Of a DNA stretch of 64,000 nt, positions 1 through 14,168 are shown piece after piece (position 1 is the stretch's first letter; the number at the start of each line of letters is the position of its first letter). Location: NCBI GenBank assembly GCA_028534125.1, contig CM052817.1:17672001-17736000 (forward strand), given 5' to 3'. The notes below the pieces were generated by a model that saw only the letters and a list, made by a program, of their open reading frames with translations, made no database searches and was not told the origin of the DNA. Both the position numbers and the translations under genes were made by a program. Source of the DNA: Lama glama (lineage: Eukaryota).

Positions 1-589
1 ATAGTTCCCTGCACTATAAGCATGAGCTTGTTGTTTATCTACCCAGACATTTTTTTTAAATGGAAATGATACTGTTAATGAAGCAAATTTAAAAGAAAAA
101 TGAGTCAAGAACAGATAAGGATAGGATTATCTAAAGCGGAAATTCTGATTTAGGGTTCAGGCTGAGAAAGGGCTGGTTTTTCAGAAGAGGACCCTCTGGC
201 CACCCTGTTATGTCACCAGTTAGGGGTCTGCCTGCCCATTCAGCCAGCGAGTCCTGGGCACTTTACTGAGGAAAGCAAGATGACCCAGAGAAGAAGATAT
301 ATGTGCTTTCTTGGACAAAAATCCAGGCAGAGCACTTGGAAAAAATGCATCAGGACAAAATACTAAGTCAGCCAAGGAGTCTGCGTTGGTACTACCTGTT
401 GTCACTGGGGAAAGAGATGGGCAAGCCCATGGCCACAGGCATAGACCGACCAAAGTTCAAGTGCTGGCTGTGCAGCTGACCAGCAGCTCAAAGCCTTCAT
501 CTCTAACTTCCCTCCACTTCAGCTACAAAGGAGCCTATGGTTCACCTCTGAAATCCCCAGGAATGAAAAGTGAGCCCATGCCTTCGCAT

Positions 590-810
590 AGCAGGTGCTA
601 CTGCACACGTTCACACATGTGACTCCCCTTAATGCTCTTAACAACCCGGTAAGGATGAGGTGTGTGAGGTTACCCTCCATATTCTGCAGACAAGAATGCA
701 GAAGGGTTAAGTAACTTGATGAAGGTCACACTGGCTGGTATTCGGCAGAGTCAGGGTTTAAATCCAGGTGCCCTGCCTCAGAGTTTGTGCTCTCAGACAC
801 TACTTTACAC
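590..810 (-). mobile_element. MIR SINE fragment
   Basis: Reverse complement of MIR core (gggttaagtaacttg..aaggtcacac..ggcagagtcagggtttaaatccagg); boundaries approximate. Confidence 0.75.
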
Positions 811-1069
811 TCTTCATGTGCTCAGCAAATGATGCCTGCAGGCCTAGGTAATGTGCAGATGAGTTGTTGTGATATCTAATTGAATAGCTGGAGGGTAAGC
901 TTTTATATCCCTCCTGCAAAGGTGTATGTGTGCATTTTAAACTTGGAAAGGTTCCACCTAATTGCCCCTCAAAAGTCTGTACCAGAGGTCACTCTCAGCA
1001 ACTATGTTTGAGACCCAGGTTTCCAAGGAACTGAACTATATCATTACACTGCTCTAGGAACTTTTTTAA

Positions 1070-1190
1070 AAATGCAACCTATATTTTATGAGCCCTCACA
1101 ATGGGCCAGCCACTGTTGCAGGCACTTAGGATATATCAGTGAACAAAATCCCCAAATCTCTGCCCTCACCAAGCTTATACGCTGGAGGGT
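1070..1190 (-). mobile_element. L2 LINE 3' end fragment
   Basis: gccagccactgttgcaggcacttaggatatatcagtgaacaaaa..ctctgccctcaccaagcttatac is the reverse complement of the L2 3' end. Confidence 0.7.
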
Positions 1191-1746
1191 TTTGTTTATT
1201 TTGTTGTGGCACAGAACTTGAACTCTGGTCCCTGTATTTTCTACCTTTCACTGGATTCCACACATAAAGAATTTAAAACTGAAGGATTCAGATTGAACAA
1301 CCATTCCCTGAGCTCTGAAAGATCAGGCATCTGTCATGTCCTCAAAGCCTCTGAGTGCCTGGGAGAGGAGTGTTATTGGTATAAACATCCCCATCTTAGA
1401 GATGACAGACTGGATCAAAAAGAGTTAAGGTGCTTGTTCCAGAAGGCTTCCCCAGTGATAAGGGGCAGAGCCAGGAGCTGAAATCCCCTGGCCTGAGGTC
1501 CAGTGTGGATTTCATTCCACTCCAGCAGTTAGATCACCATGAGGAAATTCATCTGGGGCTCAAACACATATTTTGGCCCTTAATCCTATAGTATCTACAG
1601 ATTGTATCATTCATTTGGAACTCAGAATATGTTTGCCTGGATCCTTATTTGTGTGTGTGTGTATGTACACATTAGCCTGTAACAAAAGCCAATATTACTA
1701 ATGCATTAATTTTATTTCTTTCCAAAGTTAGTGTTAAATTTAGTCA

Positions 1747-2437
1747 TTTGTTTTCTTTATTGAAGTATAGTTGATTTATAGTATTCTATTAGTTTCAGGT
1801 ATGCAACATAGTGTGATTCAATATTTTTATAATTTATACTCCATTTAAAGTTATTACAAAATAATGATTATATTTCCCTGTGCTGTAATCTTTGTTGCTT
1901 ATTTATTTTATACATAGTCATTTGTATCTCTTAATCCCCTACCCCACCTTGCCCCTCCCCCTTCCCTCTCCCCAGTAGTAACCACTAGTTTTCTAAACCT
2001 GAATCAGTTTCTGTTTTGCTATATTCATTTGCTTTATTTTTATAATCCACATATAAGTGATAACATAGAGTATTTGTCTTTCTCTGTCTGACTTATTTCA
2101 CTAAGCAAAATACCCTCCAGGTCCATCCACATGGTTGCAAGTGGCAGAACTTCGTTCTTTTTATGGCTAAGTAATATTCCATTGTACATATATATACCAC
2201 ATTTTCTTTATCCATTCATCTGTTGATTAACACTTAGTTTGCTTCCATATCTTGGCTACTGGTAAATAATGCTGCTATGAACATTGGGCTGCATGTATCT
2301 TTTCCAGTTAGCCTTTTCCTTTTCTTCAGATATGTACCCAGGAGTGGATCATATGGTAGTTCTATTTTCAGTTTTTTGAGAAACCTCTATATTGTTTCCC
2401 ATGGGAGCTGCACCATTTTTGGCATTCCCACTAACAA
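1747..2437 (-). mobile_element. L1 3' end (artiodactyl-type 3' UTR plus ORF2 C-terminus), 5'-truncated
   Basis: ttattgaagtatagttgattta..gtttcaggtatgcaacatagtg 3' UTR signature; tttatccattcatctgttga; tttttgagaaacctc. Confidence 0.92.
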
Positions 2438-2719
2438 TTTTCATAATCTTTCCCTGTCCCCTTAGATAGATTCTATGGGGCAAGGATTCTAGTATTCTGG
2501 ATCAGCTTCTAGACTGTTAGTTTTCAAGGGGAATCCTGTTAATGAACCAACAAAAAATGAAGAGGCCGGAAAGGTTAATCTGACTTTCAGAATAAAGACA
2601 AGAGGGAGTATGAGAGGAGAAGGACAGTAAAGCCCTCAGGTTAGATTTCTGGAGAGAATTTTGTGATTTGAAAAGTGAGAGTACAGGGGAGAGAGTATTT
2701 TGGAGGGAACGGTATCAAA

Positions 2720-2808
2720 TAGAGTAGTTGGTACCTAGTAGGTTCTCAATAAATGCTTCCTGATTGAATAAGTGAATAAACAATTGAATGAATGAATGAA
2801 TGAATGAA
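2720..2808 (+). mobile_element. L2 3' tail with (GAAT)n
   Basis: ggtacctagtaggttctcaataaatg..tgaatgaatgaatgaa. Confidence 0.8.
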
Positions 2809-3624
2809 GAGCTGTCATGTCTATGGAGGCACTGAAAGTGGCAGAGACAAGGAGGGGAGTTTTCTAAAGGCTTTAAGGTGCAAAAAACATACAATCCTTG
2901 GATGTTTCCTGAAGCAACTGGGTAATACTTTCATTCATTTCCGTTGGTGGATGTGCTTCTTTGAGGGGCTCTCCTGGAGATGGGGGACCTCAGGACTCAC
3001 TGACATTATATACACCATGTGAGTTGCACATGGAGGGACAACCATGGGAAGGGCTCCATGAGAGGTTAAGCGCACAGAGATGAAGAACAGACGTCCTCTG
3101 ATGCTGAGAAGGTCACAGACAGGCATAGAGAGAGCAATGTACATCCCACTTTGTCAAGGACTATCACAGGGACAGGAGTAGATGTGTGGACACTTGGAGA
3201 TGGGGATGACCAACTTTGCCTAGGAATCTGGGGAGAATCTTCACAAAGGAGGTTATGTCTTGAAAGAGAAGTATTAGGAGCTTTCCCGGTAAGGAAGGTG
3301 AGGAAAGACATTCCAGAAAGAGAAGGAGCAGAGACAGAGAGTCCTAACACACCAAGGCAGAGGCAGGGAAGAGTGAAGATTCAGGGAGGCTGCAGTGAGG
3401 GGATGGGAGGCGCCAGAGCTAAATGGAAAGTTAGACCGAGTGGGAAAGGGCTCTGTGCTCCCAGCTTTGTCCCTAGGAAGCAAAGCTGGCAGGAAGAGAC
3501 AGAAGCAGAGTTTTCCTTAGGGATATAGCGTGAGTGGCATCCGAGGACAGATGGGGGCCAGGAGAGACTCAGTGCTGAGAAATTATCTTTAACGCCCCAC
3601 TTTAGCCCAGAACTTGAGGGCGAT

Positions 3625-3820
3625 CACCCAAGTTGAAATCCATGCTCGATGACTTACTAGCTCTCTGACCTTAGAGCAGTTGCTTGATTTCTCTGTGCTT
3701 TAGTTCCCTAAATGGGAATAATATTACCTACCTCACACAGTTGTTATAAGAATTTAATGAACAAATATAAAGAGTCTAGAAGAATCTCTGCCATTCTCAA
3801 TAGATGTTAACAATTAATAT
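3625..3820 (+). mobile_element. MIR SINE
   Basis: gacttactagctctctgaccttagagcagttgcttgatttctctgtgctttagttcc..aatgggaataatattacctacctcacacagttgttataagaatt. Confidence 0.8.
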
Positions 3821-4560
3821 TAGTATTAATATTGGTTACTTACCTTGAATTGATCTCCATCATTTTCTAACTCAGAGGCTACATCTTGGACAACAATTAC
3901 CACCATCCTGTTCCTCCCCCTTGATCTTTCATCCACAGTGGTGAGAATAGAACCTTCTTGATGACAGAATCTAGGTGACATATAGTTCTCTCGAAGCACA
4001 GGGTGAGCATGTAGTCATTGCTTAATACATGCTTGCTAAATTTATGCCAAGTAGGGGAGTCCAATTTTCCAGAGACAGTCCAGGAGGGTTGGAGTTAGAA
4101 GTCTGGTTACATTGCCAGTGGAACTCCAACAGTCAAAGGAGTTCCTGCCCCATCCTATCTACCTCTGCTTACCCAGCCCCAAAGAGAGCCCTCGAAATCA
4201 GAGCTAGGACAAAGAATCCAATAAAGGGAAGACGTAGTATACAAGAAACAGGGAGGAGCCAAAAAAAAAAAAAAAAAGCAGGAACACAAAGTCTAAACAA
4301 TTGATGACAATGGAGTTGTGAGGCTTCATGTATTAAGATACCACTTGTCCAATATAAGGGATATAAAATTTTAAAAATTCATATCTATCTGGAACCAAAA
4401 TTTCAACAAAACCTGGGTTGGAGGTAGCTGATATGAGGAAAAGCAGAGATAAAAATATGCATTGCTTTGTCTAGAAAAGCAGGACAGTTATAGATACTGA
4501 TTATTTATTTTGGTAGAAAAAATATAGGCTTATATGTTTGTTAAAAAAAAAACAAAGGCA

Positions 4561-5004
4561 ATGAAAAAGCATGGAGAAAACTTAATTGCATGTAGCTAAG
4601 TGAAAGAAGCCAGTCTGACAAGGCTATAGACTGTCTGATTCCAGCTACATGACGTTATGGAAAAGCCAAAACTATAGTGACAGTAAAAAGATCAGCGTTT
4701 ACCAAGGATCTGGGGGGTAGGGAGGGATGAGTGGGTGGGATACTGCAATAGTGGATACGTGTCATTAAACATCGGTCAAAACCTACAGAACGTACAACAG
4801 CAAGAGGGAAGCCCAATGTAAACTGTAGACTGTAGTTAATAACAAAGTATCAGTGTAGGTTCATCAATTATAACAAATGTAACACACCGATGCAAAATGT
4901 TATTAATAGGAGGAACAGAGGTTGGGGAGAGGATATATGGGAACTCTGCTATTTCCCACCAATGTTTTTGTAAACCTAAAACAGCTGTAAAAAATAATCT
5001 TATT
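4561..5004 (+). mobile_element. L1MC-type 3' end, nested in older L1 debris (about 4330-5110)
   Basis: agctaagtgaaagaagccagtctg..ggaaaagccaaaactatag..aacaaatgtaacacaccgatgcaaaatgttattaatagg..gtaaacctaaaacagctgtaaaaaataa. Confidence 0.85.
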
Positions 5005-5899
5005 CTTTCTTTAATCAAGGGCAAGCACTAGTAAAATAGAAGTAGGATATAGTCAACTGCCATACCACTAAAGGAGGGGAAAAAATTAAAAATTTGGATC
5101 AATACAATGAGAATCAGTAGTAGGAGAGCAATTAAAGGAGCTAGCCACCCAAATTCTACAATTCTGAAATGGGGAAACTGAGGTTCAGATTGGCTGTCTA
5201 CCCAAGTGGGGTTAGACAGAACCCAGTCTGATCCTTCTAGGGCACTGTGGGCATAGACTTCCTGAAATTGCCTTGAAAAGACTGCCAACATGCTTCTGTC
5301 TGTGGTCAGCTCCATTTATCTAGAATGTATGAGGCACCAAGTGGCCTGGTTAATTTCATATTCTGTTTAAGTGAAGGTTGCCGTGGATACCATACATAGC
5401 CATCCAATTTTCTCAGAATTAGAATGCATGCAATAAAATCAGTTTAAGGAGAAATCTAGGCCAGACCAAATTTAAATTTATTCAATGATGAGTCCTTAGT
5501 CATGAGGAAGGCACTCCAGGATCCAGCAGGGCCTCAATGCGTCATTCCAAATGCCACTGCTTTTTCAGGACTGCAGAGATGTAGGGGCTGGGAGAGGTGC
5601 ATGAATTCTCAGTGACCATAAGGAAGAGCCCTGGAAGTGGCCCTTTTGCATAAATCCCAGATACTCTGCTGTGTCTGTGTCTCAGGAGAGCAGGGTAGAG
5701 AACGTGTATGCAGGAACATTAGAAGAATACAAAAAATCTTTCATCTGAGTCATCTGATGGTTGCATCCTGCCTGACTGGCAGTCATGTAATTAGATTTGA
5801 ATCCTTTCCTGTCTCCTTTGCCATTGCAAAGACCTGGGTAATTTCTTAATTGAGTTCAGGACCTCAGTCGTTCCGGCAGGATGGTTAGCTGGCTCTGGT

Positions 5900-6105
5900 G
5901 TGAGCAGGCCCTGCTGTTGAGATCTCAGCTCTGCCTCATCCTGGCAATGGCAACTTGGCCAGTTACCCAACAACCACCGAAAATGGAGATGGATGTTACT
6001 AAATGGCTCCCTCATAGGGTCTCTGTGAAGAGTCAATAAGAAAATCCAAATAACGAGCTTGGCACACAGTAAGCAATAATACATGTTAGCAATGCTCATT
6101 ATTAA
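5900..6105 (+). mobile_element. MIR SINE
   Basis: ctcatagggtctctgtgaag..ggcacacagtaagcaataatacatgttagc. Confidence 0.65.
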
Positions 6106-7957
6106 TATTCATCTAGTCCATGGAAAGAGCCCAAGGTGAGACTCTATATTGGGATCTAAGTGACCTTGAATTAATAACATCCTCACCCCACGTGGAGTGG
6201 AGTTTTGCACTGTCTTGTATTCATTTATTCTTTTCCACTTGGAGTTGCTGCTGTTTCAGAACATCTGAAGCAGCAGGCCCAGGGTACACAACCATAGGTC
6301 CACTTCATTCCAAGAACGCTCTCCCAGAATCTGCCACTTGTGATGTGGAAATCCAGAAACGCACAGCAGCCTTCGCTTTAGTCACGGAGCATCCGGGTGC
6401 TGCTGATAGATGTCAGATGTCAGCACTTTTACTCCACGTCTCGGTGCCGACCTATCCCTTCTCTGGCTGCTCTTATGTTCTCCTTCCCCAGGGTCCCAAG
6501 AGAATGCTCCTTAGCATCTCTGCTTTCTGTGTTTCCTGACTGCTACTAGTTTCCAGGCCTCAGCAGCAGTTCTCACTCCTGTGTCCGTCCCACCGTGATG
6601 AGCAGGCCCCCAGGATGCTTACAGCTTCCCCGTTCCTGCAGCCAGCATCACCCCTCTGCCTCCTCTTGGCCATCCGCCTTTCATCTGGAAGTTGGGATCT
6701 GGACATTGTCTCGCAGGTACGCTTGTGAAAGCGAATCTGCCACAGGGGGTTAGCCACAGGGGTTTATTTGTTCGAGCTTATTTGCTTTCTGCTTTTCAGA
6801 GGCAATCTGGTTGTAATTTCAGCAGCAGACTCTCAGTTTGGCTATTCTATCCATCCCTCCTTATTTTGCCATTTTCCCCAGTTGCCGCTTTGCAGACTGT
6901 CTCTGTTTGGGTTATTCCTTCTAAAACATACACCCAAACACGCAGTTACACACATGCACACTCCCCACACACGCCCACTCATGGGCATGCTGTCCAGGGT
7001 AAGAATTCTAGCGAGGTGCCTATCTAGATTGCACTGCCACAGGGATTTGTCATCAATAGTGATGTTTTGTTCTGATATGCATGATTTATATCCCTCTCCG
7101 TCCCCCTTCCGATTCCTATTTTGTTCCACATTTCGAGTTTCGCAAGGTTCTTTATTCAAGCCTATGTTTTCTGATTTGCATCGTCAAGTCTCTGCAATCC
7201 TCCTCTTTTGAAAACCAGGGGAAGAAAAACAACACCCAAGAACACAACATGTGACTAATCAACGAAATTCTAGGTAAAACTCAAATTTTTACATGAAATT
7301 GGACAAAATGCTAGGAACTCTCCCATTGGGAATAATCTTAAGTTGGCTGGGAGAGAGGCCATGAGTAATAGGTCTTTTCCCTCTCACTGGGTCACTATGA
7401 ATAGCTTGACCGGGTGGATGTAGAGCCGCTCCCCTTTCATTCATGTAGAAATTGGCTCCGTAGCGCTGGGTACAGAAACTCTGTTACCTTGATATTTTCA
7501 GTCCTACATCTGAATGGTGCCTTGTTTTGGCCCTGATTTTTTTTTCCCACCTCCATTAACTCAGCTCCACAGGCGGAGTCAGCACTTAATAAAACAATTA
7601 TTGGCTGAGGGTGCCAGTCACGGAAGAATTTCGAGCTCTTCTTGGTTTTGTTTTTCTTAAAGGCACCCATGACTATAGCCAAGCAAATCAGCATATACCC
7701 ATGGGCTTCCTTGGGAGAAATCAAAACAAGTTAGGCAGTGGGATGGAGAATCAGGCAGAGCCTAAAAGAAATTTAATAAACTCAGTGCCTTTCTTCTCAC
7801 TTTCTCTCTCTCTCTCTCTCTTTTTTTTTTTTTTCCTTTTGTGAGGGTGGATGGGATGTTGTCCTGAATGAGGCAGAAAGCTTGCAGGTGTTTGTGGTGG
7901 ACCAATTCACCTCTTCAGTTGAGTCGGGCTGCAGTTGAAACAAAACAAAACAAAAGG

Positions 7958-8218
7958 AACAAAAGGAACCCTCCTATACTGTCGATGGGGATGCAAATTG
8001 GTGTGGCCACTATGAAGGACAATCTGGAGATTCCTTGAAAAACTAAAAATAGACTTATCATATGATCCAGCAGTCCTATTCCTGGGCATGTATCTGGAGA
8101 AAACTCTAATTCAAAAAGATACATGCACTCCAATGTTCATAGCAGCACTATTCACAATAATCAAGCCATGGAAACAATCGAAATGTCCATCAACAGTTGA
8201 CTGGATAAAGAAAGATGT

Positions 8219-8271
<53 letters not shown>

Positions 8272-8726
8272 TGGAATACTACTCAGCCATTAAAAAGAAT
8301 AAAATCATGCTATTTGCAGCAACATAGATGGACCTGGAGATCATCATACTAAGTGGAGTAAGGGAGAAAGAGAAAGAAAAATATCATATATTTATATGTA
8401 GAATCTAAAAAAAATACAAATCTTATTTACAAACATAAAATAGACTCATGGACATAGAAAACAAAGCAAAAAGGGCAGAGGAGGGACAAATTTGGAGTTT
8501 AAGATTAACAGATACACATTACTATATGTAAAATAGATAAGCAACAAGGACATACTGTGTAGCACAAGGAGCTATATTCAGTGTTTTACAACAACATATA
8601 ATGGGAAAGAATCTGAATACACATATATGTATGTGTATGTATAACTGAATTGCTTTGCTATATACCTGAAAGTCACACAGTAAATCAACTACACTTCAAT
8701 ACAAAACAAAATTAAAAAAAACAAAA
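7958..8726 (+). mobile_element. L1 3' end (ORF2 C-terminus plus artiodactyl-type 3' UTR) with internal (TA)n at about 8222-8266
   Basis: tatgatccagcagtcctattcctgggcatgtatc; aatgttcatagcagcactattcacaata; taaatcaactacacttcaat followed by A-rich tail. Confidence 0.93.
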
Positions 8727-9024
8727 ATGTAGCTGAGGGAAATGAGAGGAACTCCTCTTGAGTGGGTCAGTGTGCTTGGACCTCTAGGGCTGAACCCTGG
8801 CACAGTCAAGAAATGGATGAAAAGTTCCATAGTGGCCCTCTGTTGCCAGGTCTTCTTCCTCCTGTCTGGCCCAGGCAGCCCTGAGCTTGGCTACTTCAAG
8901 AAACTGCACCCCATCCCCAGGTTTCCTCCTACCCAGAAGTATTTGCCCCCTTAACTTTTCCATCTTTCTCCACCTCATCAAAACATTTTCCTTATGGGGA
9001 GAAAAAAATAATCAGCAAGGGCAC

Positions 9025-9185
9025 CGACTTAGGTGTAACCAGACCTGGGTTCAAATCCCACCTCTGCCACTTACTAGCTCTGTGTCTTTGAGCAGAGAGA
9101 TCTCACCACTCTGAGCTTCAGTTTCCCACCTCTACAAAATGTGGATTCATAACAATGCCAATACTGTATGGATATTATTATAAGC
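9025..9185 (+). mobile_element. MIR SINE
   Basis: agacctgggttcaaatcccacctctgccacttactagctctgtgtctttgagc..ctgagcttcagtttccc. Confidence 0.85.
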
Positions 9186-10479
9186 TAATAGTAGAATAAG
9201 AACAGTGAGATAATAGTAGTAAAAAAAAAAAAACAAAAGGACAAAATGAGTTAGTAAATGTAAAGGATTCAAATCCAGGCAGTCTGGCTGGTCATGACGG
9301 TGCCATACCAATGCCTATAAAATGGATTTTTTAAAATGTCATTAAGGTGCATGCTCACTGCAGTGCCACTCACAATAACCCAAAGGTGGAAACAACCAGG
9401 CTGACTGGCTTTTTGCCTCATTCTTACTTTACTAGGAACCATAATTTAGGCAAACTTATGTTTTTATTATAACTCACGCAAATGAACCAAAGACAATAAC
9501 AATATTTAACACTTATACAGTAGATAGCAAGGAAGTGGCAGTCAGGGTTTGAATCTGAAAGACTTATTCAGACAAGTCCTTGTTCTAACCACTAGACCTA
9601 CTGCCCACACATAATTAGTCTGTTATAATGGTTCTTTTGTTTCTTTAGATGCTCCTTATTTCTGATGCAACTGATAGTTTATTTTTATCTCCTTGCAAGT
9701 AAGTTCAGTTCATTTCTCTTCTGTTTTTTTCTTCAACTAATCATTAGCTTTCCACTTTTGTCCTGACATCATAATGGTTCACAAAATATATTCATAGTAA
9801 AAGAAAAATGACAAGCATAGCTTTTGCATTCTGCCACCTTGTAATGAAGTCTGATAAAATATCTCCACTGATATATTTTGACACCTTGTGGAAAGTGCTC
9901 CACTGGACTGTCATTTTTATCACCTTACCTTGAGATGGTGTCAAGAATAAATCCCTCCCCCAGGCTCTCTGACAATATCCAACAAGGAAATGTGTAAGTG
10001 GGCTTTATAAACATCAGCAAAAGTGATGGATTCTGAACATAAAAACGCGTCGGTGGAAGAATCAACCACTTCGATGATGTGACCTGTTTACAAATTTATT
10101 GATTGAAAGGAGAACTATTTTAACTCCATTTTATACCCCCAAATAACCACAAAGTCATAGGAACAAGGCTGGAGCCTCATGAACAGGTTGATTATTTTAA
10201 GTAAAACTAAATAATTGATTTAGCCAATTAGCTTGAATTGCCATTTTCATTTAACAGAGTCCTTTCTTTGAGATAACCAGTCAGTTCAGCCCAATTGTAA
10301 ATCTAAGACGTGTGTTCCAAAAGGAAATGTTGTACCAGGTCCAATTATTTTTACAGGGTCTGTTTTTATCAGTTCTGATTTTCTTCCCACTGGTATGCAT
10401 TTGGTAGTCTCAGGGAAGCAATCAATTCGTAACTGAATCTGCTTAAGTAAGAAATATTGTTTCTCCTCCCCATAACAAC

Positions 10480-10740
10480 AATAATAACTGTTTATTTAGC
10501 GCTGACTATGTGCGCTACATCCGTCATTAGAGAAATATTTCAGTGGCAGTTGAGTAGGTGTCTCTGCAGCCCATTCCACCGTTGTGTGGCTGACAGCAAA
10601 TGGCTTGGATCTCTCTGCACTTGGTTTCCACATCTGTAAATCGTGATACCTATATTATAGGATTGTCATTAGGATTAAATACATTTATATATATAAAGAG
10701 TTGAAAAGCATGCCTGGAAACTGGTGTAAGTTGGCTGTTG
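10480..10740. mobile_element. MIR fragments (short minus piece followed by plus piece)
   Basis: tttatttagcgctgactatgtgc (minus); ggtttccacatctgtaaa..ataggattgtcattaggattaaat (plus). Confidence 0.65.
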
Positions 10741-12314
10741 TTTTTCTGTTCCTAAGCACCGTCTAGGTTTTGTATTCTTATCCCTGGATTACAGTTAAAG
10801 GAAGTGAAGTTCAGAATGGTAAATACTTTGCCCAAGGTCTCACATACAGAGCAAGCAGCTGCTTTTCCCTCCCCAGATGTTCAAGTAGTAGCATACGCAC
10901 TGTAGAAAGAATTAAGACAGTCCCTTTTTTTCTTATCTGACATCCTGAAATGATTAAGATTTGGGATGGTTGGTGCTTGATTGGACATTTATTTCCCCAG
11001 ATGGTGAGCAAAGCATTGCTGAATACATTTGAGGACTGATGGGGACAGAATATGTGTGCTATAAATTGAAATACTGGGGGGAAAAAACTGGGAATGATTG
11101 CACCCTTGTTATCCCAATATTCTTTCTTAGAGGCGCTTACATGACCACAGGTGTCAAAGTAGCAAACTATTCTTTACACATTTGATTTGCTTATTACCCA
11201 CCATCTGATCTGTCTCTTGCAACAAGTTTTCCTTCCCCATTTGGGGTTGTATTCAGTTATCCTTTAGAGAATTAGACCCTCTGATTCCCCAATCCTTTCA
11301 GCCTCATTAAGATGCTGCCTTGTCTCTATTTCGTGTGTGTAATGTTAGCTCATTATTCAGCTGCTGACTCTGTCTTCTGACTCTGATTTTCTGTTAAATT
11401 TTCCCCAACACCATAATTGTTGAGGTCCTTAGGCTCTTCAACACTGTTATAATTCTTTTGCATTTCAGTGTGTCTTTTCAAAGCAAAAGCAAGAGCAAAT
11501 AAAAGAAGCACAGGTTATGCACCTTTGTGGGAAGCACTGAATCAGACAAGGTCAGAGACTCATTGATATGAAAACTGAGAGTCTTGTTCAAAAGGAAATT
11601 GGAAAGTGTTTCTGTGAAATGTCTCTTTTGGCAAAAATCAAAGAGGAACAAGTGAGTTATCAGCCATGTATAGTTCTGTCCTTGTGAATTCAGGGCACCT
11701 TAATATTTAGGTGGCAAAGAATTTTATTAACAGTAACAGGATATCCCTAGCTTAGGCAGGAAATCATTTTCAAAAAATGTCAGAGCTCATTGTACAAAAA
11801 GATTATAATTACAAAATAGTCATGGTGGATTCCAGTTTGGGGTTTGGAGGTGAATAAAGACAGCTTAGCGATTATAGGGGCTTCCTGTTTTGAATTTAGG
11901 AGAAGCCAAGACTTTCGAAAATCTTTTTAGATGTAATGTTTATGGAAGGCAAAGGATACTATCCCAGAATGTTGGATCATGCAGCTAAATGTTGGTTTGT
12001 ACATTCTAAGTAATTTAGAATATTGGACAGAGTACTAAACTACTGTAGTTTCCCCTTCATTTCTTGCCTAAAAAGGGCAATAGTGAGAAAATGACTTTAA
12101 CCAAAATATTCAACAGGCATTTATTAAAAGCCTGCGGTACAAATAACATTCGGCAGAAGGCGCTTACATTAGACCTGAGGAAGTAGAAGATGGAATATAC
12201 ACTCCTGAGGATTTACTAGGGGACAGAAGAATAATAAAATTGCCAGCATGAAGGAACCCAAGAGTAATTCCCTAGTTGTATATAAATTAGTGGTGTGCTC
12301 TTCCCCTAGGTAAC

Positions 12315-12613
12315 CACATTGCTCACTTCCTCACCTCTTTCAAGTCTTGCCCAAATGTCACCTTTTCAGTAAGAACTTCCCTGACCAATCTCTATATAAA
12401 TTGTACCACCTGTCTCATAAACCCTGTTTTACTTTTCTCCATCACCTTTTAGCTTATTACACAATTTGTATATCATCTATCCTACGCACTGTACGCCTTA
12501 CGGCCCCCACCTCTAAGTGTAACTTTCATAAAAGCAGAAGGAGTTGCCTTTTGTTCATTGCTAAATCCCTAGCAGATGGTGGAGTACTTGGCACATAGTA
12601 GGTGTTCAAAAAA
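12315..12613 (+). mobile_element. L2 3' region
   Basis: ctcacctctttcaagtcttgcccaaatgtcaccttttcagtaagaacttccctgacc..ttgttcattgctaaatccctagc..ggcacatagtaggtgttcaa. Confidence 0.85.
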
Positions 12614-13748
12614 CTGGCCTAATATAGTGTTTAATAGGGTAAGCCAGACGACATGTTAATGCTGAAATTTTTCAAAATAAGTAAGATTTGGCAGTGGTAA
12701 TGAAAAGAAGCTTCTTGGAAGAAGTAACGTGTGCCTTTCAACCCCAAACAGATTGATTTGATGAAAATAGTGATTACAACACAGGTTTTTGGATGCTAGA
12801 CCAAACTCGGCCTCTCTTTAGCTGGGTGACCTCAACCAAGACATTTAACTTTGGTTTTTGTGGATCTCTGAAGTTATTTCTACCTGGGGCCAAGGACTTT
12901 TTGAAAAAACAAAACAAAAAATGAAGAAATTTAAAGAGAGAATCACTGCATTCTTTGCCTAGCCTCTTCTGGGTGAAACTGAAGCAGGAGATATTCAAGA
13001 TGATGCTTTGCACAATGGTCACCTTTGTTAATGCGGCTTGGATGGATCAGGCCTTACATCAATTTGTAAAGAAAGTTCCTTCCCACTTCTGGTGGCGTCT
13101 CTGGGCTCTCCTGGTGCCCTCTAGCTGTTCCAAAAGCCCTCTGGGGCATCCATCCAAGCCTGCCTGCTCCTGAAGTTAACCATACTCAAAAATTATGTCT
13201 TCCTGTCCTTTGCTCTCCAAGCAAAAAGTCTGCTTCCTCAGCCTCCTGCCAGTTAGGACTGGATCCTGTTGCTCTAATTCCCTCTAGGGTGGGAACGACA
13301 GATTGTTGGCTGGACTGACCTTCTTTTTTCCTCACCACCAAAGTGAGACCTGATGCTACAGGAGCAGTTGGAAGGGAAGGAAACTTAAAACATCCAGTGC
13401 CTAGAATCTTCCTGAACTTTTAACATAGTAAGTTATTTCATCCTCAACCAGGTAAATGATATTACTCTCTGAGGAATTAAAGTTCATGAGAGGTAAAGAA
13501 TCCAAAACTTTCTGTGTTATCACATAACTGCCCTGAATAAATGAGCTTAGAAGTAGAATTCTAGATTTTGCAGCAGGCTTCTGGGGCAGTATTTGGGGGC
13601 ACGAGGAGGAGAGTCCTTGCAACATCCTTCTTCAGCTACATAAATAAACTCTGGCTGTGACCTTGAGTAAGTCCTGTGACCTTGAGTAAGTAACCTCTCT
13701 TACCGTTTCCATTCTCTCAACTGAGAAATGAGAGAGATTAATAATACC

Positions 13749-14168
13749 TGTCATTAATTATTTCTTGCTTATGACAAATCACTCCAAAACTTAGTTTCTT
13801 AAAATAACAACAGCCATCCTTGTGGGTCTGAAATTTGAGGTTCTTTCATGAGGTTGCAGTCAGATGTCAACTGGGGTCCGCAGTCATCTGAAAGTTGGAC
13901 TGGGGATGGAGAATTTATTTCCAAAAAGGCTCACTCACGTGACTGGGAAGTTAGTTTCTCTCCATGTGGGCCTCTCCACAGTGTTGCTTGAGTGTCTTCA
14001 CAGGATGGCAGCTGGCTTCATCCAGAGCAAGCCCTCTAAGACACCAAGACGGAAGTTGCAATGACTATGCCTTATGACTTAGAAGTCACCTACCAGCATC
14101 TCTGCTATAGTCTATTGGTCACCCAAGGGTGGGAGGGGAAATGCAGGGTCATTGTAGAAGCTTCTACA
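13749..14168 (-). mobile_element. MLT1-family (ERVL-MaLR) solo LTR inserted in a MIR
   Basis: caaatcactccaaaacttag..gcagtcatctgaaagttggactgggg..ccatgtgggcctctccacagtgttgcttgagtgtcttcacaggatggcagctggcttc; MIR halves at 13645-13748 and 14170-14260. Confidence 0.85.

Noticed and set aside
9275..9410. ccaggc(a/t)g(t/a)ctggct direct repeats around a short L1 piece as TSDs
   Set aside because: Only 13/15 identical, no poly(A) tail, and the first copy is ordinary MIR sequence
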